64,000 nt of DNA from an uncultured Thermoleophilia bacterium (GCA_963767505.1 CAVYDV010000004.1:1623-65622), one strand, 5' to 3'. Numbered from the stretch's first letter, positions 26,887 through 35,759 are shown. Notes: generated by a model from the letters alone, not told the origin. Numbers and translations: made by a program.

Positions 26887-27784
26887 TGAGCACCTCTCCT
26901 TGCGGGGACGGCGAGAGCGATGCGCCCACCGCTCCCCAGAGCTTCGTGATCTCCTCCGCGGCGCGCCCGCCGTGGGCGATGACGTCGGTGCCCGCTACTT
27001 GGGCATGTGTCACTGCGGGGTCGTACTCGACAGTGACGACGAACTCCGCTCCGGCGTCGGACGCCTCACCAGAGATGCGCGCGCCGAGCTCCCGGTTGAG
27101 ATCTGCCTTGTTGATGCAGACGGCGAACGGCAGCCGGAACTGCCGCACCACCTGCAGCACGCGGTCGAGGTCGTGGCGACCCGAGACCGTCGGTTCGGTG
27201 ACCACCAGCACCAGGTCGGCGCCGGCCAGCGAGGCGATCACGGGGCAGCCGATGCCCGGCGATCCGTCGACGATGACGAGCGGCAGTCCGCGCTCCTCGG
27301 CCACGCTGCGAGCCTCGTTGCGTACGAGGGTCACGAGCTTGCCGGAGTTGTCCTCGGCGACCCCGAGACGAGCGTGGACGAGCGGCCCGTAGCGCGTCTC
27401 GGATGTCATCCAGGCACCGTTGATGACGGGCTCCATGCGGATGGCGTCGGCGGGGCACACGTGCCGGCAGAGCTCGCAGCCCTCGCAGGCGAGGGCGTCG
27501 ATCGAGTAGTCGCCGTCGGCGCTCCGCACGGCCGCGAAGCGGCAGACCTCGGCGCAGCGGCCGCAGGCGGTGCAGGCCTCAGGGTCGATGATCGCCCTTC
27601 GGCGGCCGCTGAACTCATGTTCCTTCCCGAACTCGGGCCCCAGGACCAAGTGCAGGTCGGCGGCGTCGACGTCGCAGTCGGCGAGCACGGCGCCGCCCGC
27701 CAGCGCCGCGAAGGCGGCCACGATGCTCGTCTTCCCGGTGCCGCCCTTGCCGCTGATGACGACCAGCTCGCGCGGCGGGCTCAT
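26879..27784 (-). CDS. MinD/ParA-type P-loop ATPase with inserted 2x[4Fe-4S] ferredoxin domain (COG1149 type), copy B
   Basis: Features: SGKGGTGKTS, then CTACGRCAEVC and CEGCELCRHVCP inserts, then DGSPGIGCPV. Confidence 0.85.
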   Translation of the reverse strand: MSPPRELVVISGKGGTGKTSIVAAFAALAGGAVLADCDVDAADLHLVLGPEFGKEHEFSGRRRAIIDPEACTACGRCAEVCRFAAVRSADGDYSIDALACEGCELCRHVCPADAIRMEPVINGAWMTSETRYGPLVHARLGVAEDNSGKLVTLVRNEARSVAEERGLPLVIVDGSPGIGCPVIASLAGADLVLVVTEPTVSGRHDLDRVLQVVRQFRLPFAVCINKADLNRELGARISGEASDAGAEFVVTVEYDPAVTHAQVAGTDVIAHGGRAAEEITKLWGAVGASLSPSPQGEVLNA

Positions 27785-28665
27785 GAGGCCACCTCTGCCG
27801 CTCGGGCGGCTGATTCGATGCGCGTCCAGGCAGCGCTCAGCTTCTCTCCCAGACCCTCGACCGAGTCGAGTAGCAGATGGCCCTGGGCGTAGGTCTCGGC
27901 GATGCGTCGCTCGTAGGGCAGCTCGAGAACGATCTCGATGCCCTCGTCGGCGCAGTACGAGTACACTCGATCGTCTCCCAGACCGGCGCGGTTGACGACA
28001 ACGACGCAGCGCAGCCCGAGCGCGCGCACCATCTCTACCGCAAGCTCGAGGTCGTGCAGACCGAAAGGCGTCGGCTCGGTGACCAGGACTACCAGGTCAG
28101 AGTCGCGTACCGCTGCGATCACGGGGCAGGAGGTGCCCGGTGGCGCGTCGATCAGTACGACGTCGACGCTGTCGTCGTCGGCAGCTGCCAAGGTGGCCCT
28201 GGTCGTGGGTACGGCCTTGGCTTCGCCGACTGCGAGCACCCCGCTCACGAGCGGGAAGACAGGCTGGCGCGGGGGAGTCGCCATGCCGTGCTCGACCACC
28301 CCGGTCTCACGCTCTTCCTCATGGATCGCGTTCTGCGGACACAGCAGCGCGCACGCTCCACAGGAGTGGCAGAGCTCCGGGAACACGAGGACCGTGGAGC
28401 CGACGACGGCGATGGCGTTGAAAGCGCAGACCTCGCCGCACGCCCCGCAGCCGTTGCAGCGCGCCTCGTCCACCTCGGGCACCAGGACGCGCACTGGCTC
28501 GCGGTGTTCGATCTCGGGATGCAGGAAGAGGTGACAATCCGGCTCCTCGACATCGGCGTCGAGGAGCTGCACGGCCAAGCCGCGCGCGGAAAGCAGCGCC
28601 GCGAGGTTGGTGGCGAGCATCGTCTTCCCGGTGCCGCCCTTGCCGCTGGCGATGGCGATGCGCAT
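27781..28665 (-). CDS. MinD/ParA-type P-loop ATPase with inserted 2x[4Fe-4S] ferredoxin domain (COG1149 type), copy A
   Basis: Features: SGKGGTGKTM, CNGCGACGEVC, CHSCGACALLCP, DAPPGTSCPV. There is a 4-nt overlap with the next gene. Confidence 0.85.
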   Translation of the reverse strand: MRIAIASGKGGTGKTMLATNLAALLSARGLAVQLLDADVEEPDCHLFLHPEIEHREPVRVLVPEVDEARCNGCGACGEVCAFNAIAVVGSTVLVFPELCHSCGACALLCPQNAIHEEERETGVVEHGMATPPRQPVFPLVSGVLAVGEAKAVPTTRATLAAADDDSVDVVLIDAPPGTSCPVIAAVRDSDLVVLVTEPTPFGLHDLELAVEMVRALGLRCVVVVNRAGLGDDRVYSYCADEGIEIVLELPYERRIAETYAQGHLLLDSVEGLGEKLSAAWTRIESAARAAEVAS

Positions 28666-28669
28666 GGCC

Positions 28670-29059
28670 TCAGACCTCCAGCTCGAGCACGCCGTTGGGG
28701 CAGGCGCTCAGGCAGGCACCGCAACCGTTGCACAGCGTGGCGTCCACCACCACCTCCGCCGCGAGCAGGCTCAGCGCGCCACGAGGGCAGGCGTCGAGGC
28801 AGGCTCCGCACAGGGTGCACTGATCCGCATGAGCCACGACGGCTATGGGTCGCGCTCGTGCAACTGGAGCCGGAGCCCCGGAGGGCACGTCCGCGCGTGG
28901 GGCCGGCACGGCGACAGCGGCAGCCATCTGCGCTGCGAGGCCGGTCCCGCCGCAGGCCTCAGGAGCCGCGCCGCGCCCCGAACCGTCACGGCGGCGCTGC
29001 CGGACGCCGTGTCTCTGGCCGCGACCGGTGCCCCGACCTCTGTCTCTGGCGCGCCTCAC
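28670..29059 (-). CDS. 2x[4Fe-4S] ferredoxin with possible Arg/Gly-rich N-terminal extension
   Basis: CTLCGACLDACP and CNGCGACLSACP motifs are present. GTG 29059 overlaps the upstream stop (GTGA) and would add RRARDRGRGTGRGQRHG... to the N-terminus. The alternative start is ATG 28927. Confidence 0.75.
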   Translation of the reverse strand: MRRARDRGRGTGRGQRHGVRQRRRDGSGRGAAPEACGGTGLAAQMAAAVAVPAPRADVPSGAPAPVARARPIAVVAHADQCTLCGACLDACPRGALSLLAAEVVVDATLCNGCGACLSACPNGVLELEV

Positions 29060-29376
29060 TTCTGCCCCGCCTCGAGCCGGTCGAGGCGCTCAACGATCTC
29101 CCCCAGCCTGCTCTCCAAGCTCGCGAACGGGTCCGGCCAAGCGCATGCCAGCGCCGACGAGTCGGCCTGCTCGGCACGCTGCCAGCCGGTGAGTCCGGTG
29201 GCGTAGAACTGGTTGCGGCGACCGCGGCCGCCGCCGCCCCGGCCACGACCCATTCCGGCGCCCCTCCCAGCGTTTGCTCCGAAGCCGACATCTGCCGTGG
29301 CACCGGCACACGAGCCGCGCCGGCCACCTGTCATAGGGCCGTAGCCCATCGGTCCTGAACCGTCCATTCCTGGCAT
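29056..29376 (-). CDS. DUF5320 family protein
   Basis: MPGMDGSGPMGYGPMTGGRRGSCAG...GRGRGGGGRGRRNQFYATGLTGW... is followed by a C-terminal coiled coil (LESRLGEIVERLDRLE). An AAAGGAGAG RBS is present. The ORF-track start at 29433 lies inside the operator palindrome. Confidence 0.8.
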   Translation of the reverse strand: MPGMDGSGPMGYGPMTGGRRGSCAGATADVGFGANAGRGAGMGRGRGGGGRGRRNQFYATGLTGWQRAEQADSSALACAWPDPFASLESRLGEIVERLDRLEAGQK

Positions 29377-29426
29377 GATCTCTCCTTTGTCGCCGTCCGG
29401 CGCTCGGCTTGCCGGAGCGTGTGTAA

Positions 29427-29447
29427 TGAGCATATGCTCATATTATA
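29427..29447 (-). promoter_or_regulatory. Perfect palindrome TGAGCATATGCTCA (16 bp as ATGAGCATATGCTCAT) abutting a TATAAT -10 box
   Basis: The palindrome is at 29427-29440. On the minus strand, TATAAT (29442-29447) lies immediately upstream of it, about 50 nt before the DUF5320 start. Confidence 0.55.
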
Positions 29448-29978
29448 CCCGTGACCTGAGATAGCAAGCGCCTCCCACTGGACGAGAATCAGCGAATCAC
29501 GGAGGGTTCTTGCTGAGAGCCGATCCGAGGATGGGACCGACTACGACGACGGACAGGGCTAGGAGGCCACGGGTGATGTTGGCGCCGACGACTGAGTCGA
29601 CTACGTGAAGGCCCGGACGATTGATGTCACGCTCGCAGCCTCAGGCGCAACGGCGACCAGCGCCGAGCGTTTCACAGGCTCACGACCTCTGCTGCGCTTC
29701 AGCGGGGTCGAATCGATGAGCAGTAGGCCGCCGCGCGAGCCCGGGCTCTGCCGAGCGAAGCGGCCCAGGAGCCACTCGACGGTGTCCGCCAGACGCCGGC
29801 GACGCCTGTGGAGCCGGCTTGGCCCGGGAGTTGCGGGAATGGGTGTCAGAGCCGCTGATGCGCGGCGCCAGGAACCCGCGGTACCACTACAAGCTGCTTC
29901 CAGCGGCACCAAGCGTGGACGACGGGGCCACCGGCCTGCGCGCTCGTCCGCGGTCACGGACCTGAGGCGCTCGCTCGT

Positions 29979-30497
29979 CTACCGCGCCTCTGGCCGTCGC
30001 TCGCCGCGTTGCAGGAACGTCTCGCTGCTCACCAGGTCCGTCCATCCGCCACGTGTGCCGACTCGAAGATCGAAGGCCTCGACGTAGGGCTTGATGTCGA
30101 GCAGCGGCGTGCCGTCGAGCACATCGAGGTCCTCGACAAGCAGATCGGCACCGCGGCGTTCGACCAGACGCACGATGCTGAGGCCGAGCGGGTTGGGGCG
30201 CACCGGCGTGCGCGTGGCGAAGATGCCCCTGGGCGCGTCGTCAAGAAACGGCACCACCCTGAGCGGCGACGGACCGGCGACGGACTTCACGATGTCGGCG
30301 GCACGGTGGAGCCAGTAGATGAGGTGCAGATGCGAGAAGCCCTCCACGTCGTCCAGCCCCTCGGCGAACTCGGAGAAGACCTCAACCCGGCCTTGGCTGC
30401 CCTCGGCGCAGACCGGCTGGATGGGTGTCTGCCCTGGTTCGCGATGCTCGCTGTGAATGATGCCGATCGGCTCCAGCGTGAGCCTCTCCACGTCCAC
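29979..30497 (-). CDS. trmO: TsaA/YaeB-like tRNA methyltransferase (TrmO family)
   Basis: LEPIGIIHS...FSHLHLIYWLH...RGIFATRTPVRPNPLGLSIVRL...LDGTPLLDIKPY matches the family. The start may be the second GTG, at 30491. Confidence 0.8.
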   Translation of the reverse strand: MDVERLTLEPIGIIHSEHREPGQTPIQPVCAEGSQGRVEVFSEFAEGLDDVEGFSHLHLIYWLHRAADIVKSVAGPSPLRVVPFLDDAPRGIFATRTPVRPNPLGLSIVRLVERRGADLLVEDLDVLDGTPLLDIKPYVEAFDLRVGTRGGWTDLVSSETFLQRGERRPEAR

Positions 30498-30716
30498 CTC
30501 CGATGTCGTGCAGGGACAGGTCGCACTGCGGCGGGGTCGCGGTGAACCGCCTGCGCGGCCAGCCGCGCGTTGTCCTGGGTCCGCGCCGTCTCCTCACTGG
30601 CGGGGCACTTGACCCCGCCAAGCCAGCGCAGTGGTCGTGTTTCTGGTCGCACGGGGGTCTGAGGTGGTGTCCTTTCCCTTCGACGCACGGGCGACCACAG
30701 GGACCACTCCGCACCC

Positions 30717-31919
30717 TCAGGGCAGGTACACCAGCCCGTGCTTGATCCTCAGCATGTAGTACTTCTCGAAGGCGAGCTTGGCCCAGTGCGACCAGGGACC
30801 GGGGATCATGATCTCGTAGCGGCGTGGCTTGAAGACGCGATCGAGCACGATGATCATGCCCTGGTTGCCGGCGTCCATGATGCACAGCGGCTTGATGTCG
30901 GCGAAAGGCATCGGGCGCGGTTCACTGCCTTGGATCGCCGCCACGATGTTGTGTGCCGCGACCTTGCCCATGACCTCCGACATCCAACCTGTCTTGGGCA
31001 CCCCGGTGGGCACCTCCGTCGGTATCTGCGGCTTGATCTGGACGGCGATACCGGCGGCGTAGATGTTGTCGAAGTCGCGGTGCTTGTAGCAGTCGTCGGT
31101 GGGGATGAAGCCCTTCTCGTCCCCCAGGCCGGGCGAGTCGAAGATGGCCTGGACGCCGGTGAACGGAGGGATGACGATGGCGTACTTGTGGTTCAGCACG
31201 CGTCCGTCGGAGAGCGTGATGGAGCCCTTGCTGGCCGAGGTCATGCCGACATTGGCGAAGGGCTTGATGCCGAGCATCCTGAAATAGGCCTTGAGCATCG
31301 GCTCCCCGCCGCGCATGCCGCCGAGACCGAAGTGGCCGAGGAACGGCTCCGAGGTCACGAAGGCCAGCGGCGCCTGCTTGCGGATCTTCGCCTCACGCAG
31401 TGCCTTGTCGATGTTGAAGACCACCTCGTAGGCTGCGCCGAAGCAGCTGGCGCCCTGGGCCGAGCCGATGACGACCGGCCCCGGGTCTTGGACGAACTCA
31501 AGCCAGGCTTCGGCGGAGTCCATCGCGTGTTTGAGGCTGCAGACGGAGTGCGAGGTGCCCTCCTCGGGGCCGAGGCCCGGGACGACGGAGAAGTTGTACT
31601 TGGCCCCCGTCCCAATCAGCAGGTAGTCGTAGGGGACCTCACCCTTGTCGGTGAACACCTTGTTCTGCTCGGCGTCGATATACTCGACGGTCGCATGCTT
31701 GAACTTGATGCCCCGCCGGTAGAGGATCGGCTCGAGCTCCATGCTGACCTGCCCGGGCTTGCGCCACCCGGGGACCATCCAGATCAGCGAGGGCACGAAG
31801 ATGAAGCGGGGGTCTCGCGCGACGACGGTGATCTCCGCAGCACTCCCCAGCTCGAGCTCGAGCTCGAAGGCCGCGTTGATGCCGGCGAAGCTGCCACCCA
31901 GAACGACGATGGACGTCAT
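30717..31919 (-). CDS. sqr: Sulfide:quinone oxidoreductase-like FAD-dependent oxidoreductase
   Basis: The FAD fold begins MTSIVVLGGSFAGINAA. SQR-type Cys contexts GASCFGAAYE and PLCIMDAGNQG are present. The product is 400 aa. Confidence 0.75.
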   Translation of the reverse strand: MTSIVVLGGSFAGINAAFELELELGSAAEITVVARDPRFIFVPSLIWMVPGWRKPGQVSMELEPILYRRGIKFKHATVEYIDAEQNKVFTDKGEVPYDYLLIGTGAKYNFSVVPGLGPEEGTSHSVCSLKHAMDSAEAWLEFVQDPGPVVIGSAQGASCFGAAYEVVFNIDKALREAKIRKQAPLAFVTSEPFLGHFGLGGMRGGEPMLKAYFRMLGIKPFANVGMTSASKGSITLSDGRVLNHKYAIVIPPFTGVQAIFDSPGLGDEKGFIPTDDCYKHRDFDNIYAAGIAVQIKPQIPTEVPTGVPKTGWMSEVMGKVAAHNIVAAIQGSEPRPMPFADIKPLCIMDAGNQGMIIVLDRVFKPRRYEIMIPGPWSHWAKLAFEKYYMLRIKHGLVYLP

Positions 31920-32078
31920 GGGTCCACTCCTCCACAGACTAGTGCGCCGAGGTCAGTCGTGGCTCGCCTCTTCCGCGGTCAGACGCCCGACGCCAGCCAT
32001 GCATCCAGATCAACCAGCCCAGCGCCCTGGAGCCTTTGCGGCCGTGCCAGTTCTCACCTATGGGAAGATGTAGCATAC

Positions 32079-32092
32079 TGAGCATATGCTCA
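32079..32092. promoter_or_regulatory. Perfect palindrome TGAGCATATGCTCA upstream of the SQR-like gene
   Basis: It lies 160 nt upstream of the start at 31919. An extra half-site, TAGCATAC, is directly adjacent (32071-32078). Confidence 0.5.
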
Positions 32093-32126
32093 CGATACCA
32101 CACCTGCCCCGTACGTCCCGAACGGC

Positions 32127-33706
32127 TCACACGCGAGAAGAAGCCGGACCCCACTGACCGGACCCCATTCGTCGGTCCACTTCGCATGTTCGTCCCAGAG
32201 CCGCCTCCGTCATAGCTTTCGGAGGCCCGCAGTCAGAGAGCGCAAAGCCCGGCCAGGCGATCGTCTCCGGCGCTGGTGGGGCGGTCCAGTCGCTCCCCTC
32301 CGCCCCCCCGCTCCTATCCAGTCGCGTGGATCTGGGCTGCAGAATGGTCGCACCGGGCCGTGTCGGGGTCCGTTCGAAGGGCGCGCAGAGCACGACTCGG
32401 TGGTGGACCGCAGGGGTGTCGAAGCCCCCGGTCGGGTGTGGCTCCAAGCAGTGCACAGCGAGCGGCCGACGCTGTTCGAAGGTCTGATGCGGCCTAATCT
32501 CGCTGTAGAGCGAGAGGTAGGCTGCGACCTCCTCGGCGAGGTCGGCGGCGGTCTCGATCTCGCGCTGGTAGAGGTGCTCGTACTCGAGCGAGCGGTTGAA
32601 GCGCTCGACCACGCCGTTGGTCTCGGGAGCGTAGTGGCGGGTGATGTGGCGATAGTCGAAGCCCTCGAGGCTGATGCGCCCGCCCTCACGCACCCGCCGC
32701 GTGACCACCTCACCCTCGGCGGGGTGCTGCTCGCCGCTGGCCTTGGCCTCGACCGCTTCGGCTTCAGGCTGCCGTGCCACCGGCTGCTGCCCTCTCGCCG
32801 CCAGCTCGAAGCGCTTGATCGGGGCCACCATGCCGATGCCCTGATGGGGCCGCTCGCAGTTGTAGTGGGCCACCCAGGCGTCGAGCTCGGCTTGGGCGGC
32901 CTCTAGCGAGGCGAAGGTACGACCTTCGAGGAACTCACTCCGCAGCGTCTTGTGGAAGCGCTCGACCTTGCCGGTCGTGGTCGGGCTGTAGGGGGCGGTG
33001 AGCAGATGACGGACGCCGTGCTCTTGGCAGATGCGGTCGAAGAGCACCTCGCGGCGGTGGGCCCCGAAGCGCCCCGTGAAGACCTTGCCGTTGTCGGTGA
33101 GGATCTGCTCGGGGACGCCGTGACGTTGCATGGCTGCACGCAGCGCCTCGCAGACCGGTCGCGTGGTGGCGCGCTCGACGAGCTGGGCCGAGACGCAGAA
33201 GCGCGAGTGGTCGTCGATGCCGGAGACGAGCTTGAGCTCGGATTCGTCTGAGAGCTTGACGCCGCCCATCACGTCCATCTGCCAGAGCTCCATGGCCTTG
33301 AGGCGCTCCCAGCGGCGGTAGTCCTCGCGCTTGCGACGGCGCTTCTGGGGATCGATGAGGCGATGGCGCACCAGGCAGCGATAGATCGAGGAGCGCGAGG
33401 GTTGGCGCTCGAGCTCCTCCCGCGCCAGGTAGTGGGCGATCGTGCGCGGCCCCCAGCGCGGGTGGGCGAGGCGCATCTCGACGATGCGCGCCTCGACCGC
33501 CGGCGGCATGCGGTGCGGGCAGCGCCCGGTCGCGAAGAGGCGTCGGCCAGACCGGCGATGCCGCTACGCGCGTAGCGTCGCAGCCAGCGGTGCAGCGTCT
33601 GGCGGGTGACCCCGTAGCGGCCGGCCACCGCGACCACGCTGTTGCCCGCGAGGACCTCGAGGACTGCCTTGTGGCGCTGTTCCACGACTCCCAGCTCGAT
33701 GAGCAT
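32127..33706 (-). pseudogene. IS481-family transposase, frameshifted and chimeric
   Basis: The N-terminal HTH (MLIELGVVEQRHKAVLEVL...TRQTLHRWLRRY, ORF 33269-33706) is in a different frame from the catalytic part (MPPAVEARIVEMRLAHPRWGPRTI...DNGKVF...TTGKVERFH, ORF 32127-33509). Confidence 0.7.
32155..32433 (-). repeat. Right arm of the 279-bp perfect inverted repeat
   Basis: It is the reverse complement of 22920-23198. Confidence 0.85.
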
Positions 33707-33895
33707 GACGTGAGCCTCCCCGTCGAACGACCGTTGCTGGTCGTCTCTTCGAGGAGAGTGGCGCCTGTACGCTGGCCTGACTGTCGCACAGCTACCGAAA
33801 CCACCGTCGCCCAGGAGCCGAAGCCACTGTAGCCTGGCGACTGAAGCCGCGTCTCGGAACTGTCACGCAGCTGCCGGAGCCACTCTGTCAAGGAT
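32434..33895 (-). mobile_element. IS481-like element, 3' part replaced by a fragment of another rve-type transposase
   Basis: An HTH ORF and a DDE/rve ORF are present. Beyond about 32650 the reading frame switches to the C-terminal block of a different transposase (PETNGVVERFNRSLEYEHLY...IRPHQTF). The outer end is inferred from the identity of 33793-33890 to nt 1-95. Confidence 0.6.
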
Positions 33896-34072
33896 GTAGG
33901 AGTGCAAACGGATGTGGCGACCCCGTTGCCGCCTATCTGCCGACGAGACGCCTCCCCACGGCCCAACATACGACAGCACAGGCCAGCACGGCACCTCGCC
34001 AGAACGCTGGACCGTGCAGCACAATGGCGCATGGGCCACCACAGCCCGCCACGCCTTCCTGACGTTTCCTAG

Positions 34073-34107
34073 ACCTGGTGTCGCTGGTTCGATTCCAACC
34101 GGGGGCG
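34073..34107 (+). other. tRNA 3'-portion-like relic, copy 3 (degenerate T stem)
   Basis: ACCTG-GTGTC-GCTGG-TTCGATT-CCAAC-CGGGGGC-G, with one T-stem mismatch and no CCA. It is embedded in block 33890-34230, which is paralogous to 95-420. Confidence 0.45.
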
Positions 34108-34385
34108 CCGAGCACTGCCGAATGGGGCGATTTCCTGAGCCGTTCTCGGCGGCCGTACTCCCTGAGTTGCCGTCAAGCGCGAGCATTCTGAGGATGGGAC
34201 GCGCCACGGCAGAGCTCGGCTGAACACATGCCGGCCCAGGCGACTCCTTCGGCCGAGCGAGTCGGCCTACGCCCACCGGTCACGAGCCCGAATCAGCAAG
34301 CCACAGCGGGGATGCCGGAACCCTGGTCGCCCGCCGGAGCCACCACCGGCGCTCTTGCGCGATCGACCGAAGCGACCGACACGGA

Positions 34386-34796
34386 GTGGGTGAGGAGGAA
34401 CGCGGAGAGACGGACGTAGGGAGTGAGGTGCTGAGCACACAACCGACGACGAGTTCCGGCGTGCGTCTGGTCACGGTCGGCGTCGTCCTCTCTGCCGTCA
34501 GTCTGCTGGTCGCGCCGCTGTTCGTCGTGGTCGGGCTGTTCACACGGACCTACGAGATGATGAACTCCGTCGCGGAGTCGGCCGCACCCGCGACTTCGTT
34601 CTCGCTTCCCACCCTTGGAGCCTGGGCCATTGCTCCCTTCGCGGTGACGCTGCCCGGCCTGTTCGTCTCGCTGATCGCCTGGCAGAGGGCGGGGAGGGGG
34701 AGGCCCGGCCGCGGCCTTGCGCTCGTCGGCGTCTCCCTGGCCGCGCTGGCACTCCTGTCCGCAGCTGGCTTCTCCCGGTCCTTCTACGGGGGCTAG
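34386..34796 (+). CDS. Hypothetical polytopic membrane protein
   Basis: Three or four hydrophobic helices are predicted. The start is uncertain (an internal GTG is possible). Confidence 0.5.
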   Translation: MGEEERGETDVGSEVLSTQPTTSSGVRLVTVGVVLSAVSLLVAPLFVVVGLFTRTYEMMNSVAESAAPATSFSLPTLGAWAIAPFAVTLPGLFVSLIAWQRAGRGRPGRGLALVGVSLAALALLSAAGFSRSFYGG

Positions 34797-35213
34797 CTCT
34801 GATGGTCTGACCCCCATCCGCTGGTCCGGCGACGGCAACACGGCCTCCGCGTGTTCCACGGCCAGCAGTGCCCGCCTCTTGCGAACTGCATCCGGAATCG
34901 CAGCAGCAGCGCCACCCAGACGACGGCGTACAGTGCGTTCAGGGCTTGCTGCGGCAAGCCTGTCTTCGGCATCAGGCGTTCGTGGAGCATCACGAAGTCG
35001 TCGAACAGGAGCGCAGTGATACCAGCCAGGGCAGCACGATCGTGCACTGAACGGCATCGCTACGCGCCCTGGCCGCACGAGTCGCCGCGCGAGCCGGTCC
35101 TCGAGACCACCCAGTTTCGCCGTCCGCATGCGGTGGTACCGTCGTATCTCGAAGGGGGCGGGTGGGGAGCGTCCTCTCGCAATGCGGCGAAACGTTGATG
35201 GAAGGACGCGGCC

Positions 35214-35759
35214 GTGGAAGACGAGCATCTCTACTTCTCCAAGCGCAAGCCCGCTAGGTGCCCGGCCTGCGGCTCGCGGGAAGTGGTCAGGGTCGTGTAT
35301 GGCTATCCCGGTCCCGAGTTGATGCAGGACGCGGAGTCCGGCAAAGTCGCCTTGGGCGGTTGCTGCGTATCGGGTTTCGACCCGTCATGGCAGTGTCTGG
35401 AGTGCGAAGCCTCCATCCATCCAGAGGCTCTCAGGGGGCAGATGCCACCCGAGCTGCGGACCTTCGTCGAGGAGCAGGATTGGACGTTCGCCAAGACCAT
35501 GCCCGAGTGGCCCCACGAGTACATCGTCCGGGATCGGGTCGACGAGGGACTCTTCGAGCGGCTTGTCATCCACATCTGTGAGCACGGGGTCGACGGGAGG
35601 TTCTACGACAAGGTCATCACCTACTACGAAGAAGCGGGCCTCGTGTACTGGACGATGGGCGGGCCGCTGCAGGAGACGTTCATCGTCAACAGATGCCGGA
35701 GTGAAGACACCTACCAACGTCGCTTGGCGGAAGGCACTCTCCCCTCGCCTCACCGTTGA
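35214..35759 (+). CDS. Hypothetical protein with N-terminal Zn ribbon
   Basis: CPACG...CLEC is followed by a conserved-looking C-domain (TMPEWPHEYIVRD...). Confidence 0.5.
   Translation: MEDEHLYFSKRKPARCPACGSREVVRVVYGYPGPELMQDAESGKVALGGCCVSGFDPSWQCLECEASIHPEALRGQMPPELRTFVEEQDWTFAKTMPEWPHEYIVRDRVDEGLFERLVIHICEHGVDGRFYDKVITYYEEAGLVYWTMGGPLQETFIVNRCRSEDTYQRRLAEGTLPSPHR

Noticed and set aside
29377-29433. The ORF-track start of the DUF5320 gene at 29433.
   Set aside because: That ATG lies inside the operator palindrome and upstream of the RBS. The family-typical N-terminus MPGMDGSGPMG starts at 29376 and has an AAAGGAGAG RBS.
29601-30087. ORFs 29601-29957 (-) and 29605-30087 (+), between the operon promoter and trmO.
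   Set aside because: Only faint hints of a DDE transposase fragment (LLLIDSTPLK) and of a terminal TM helix in another frame are present. There is no start or RBS and no coherent frame, so this is probably debris.
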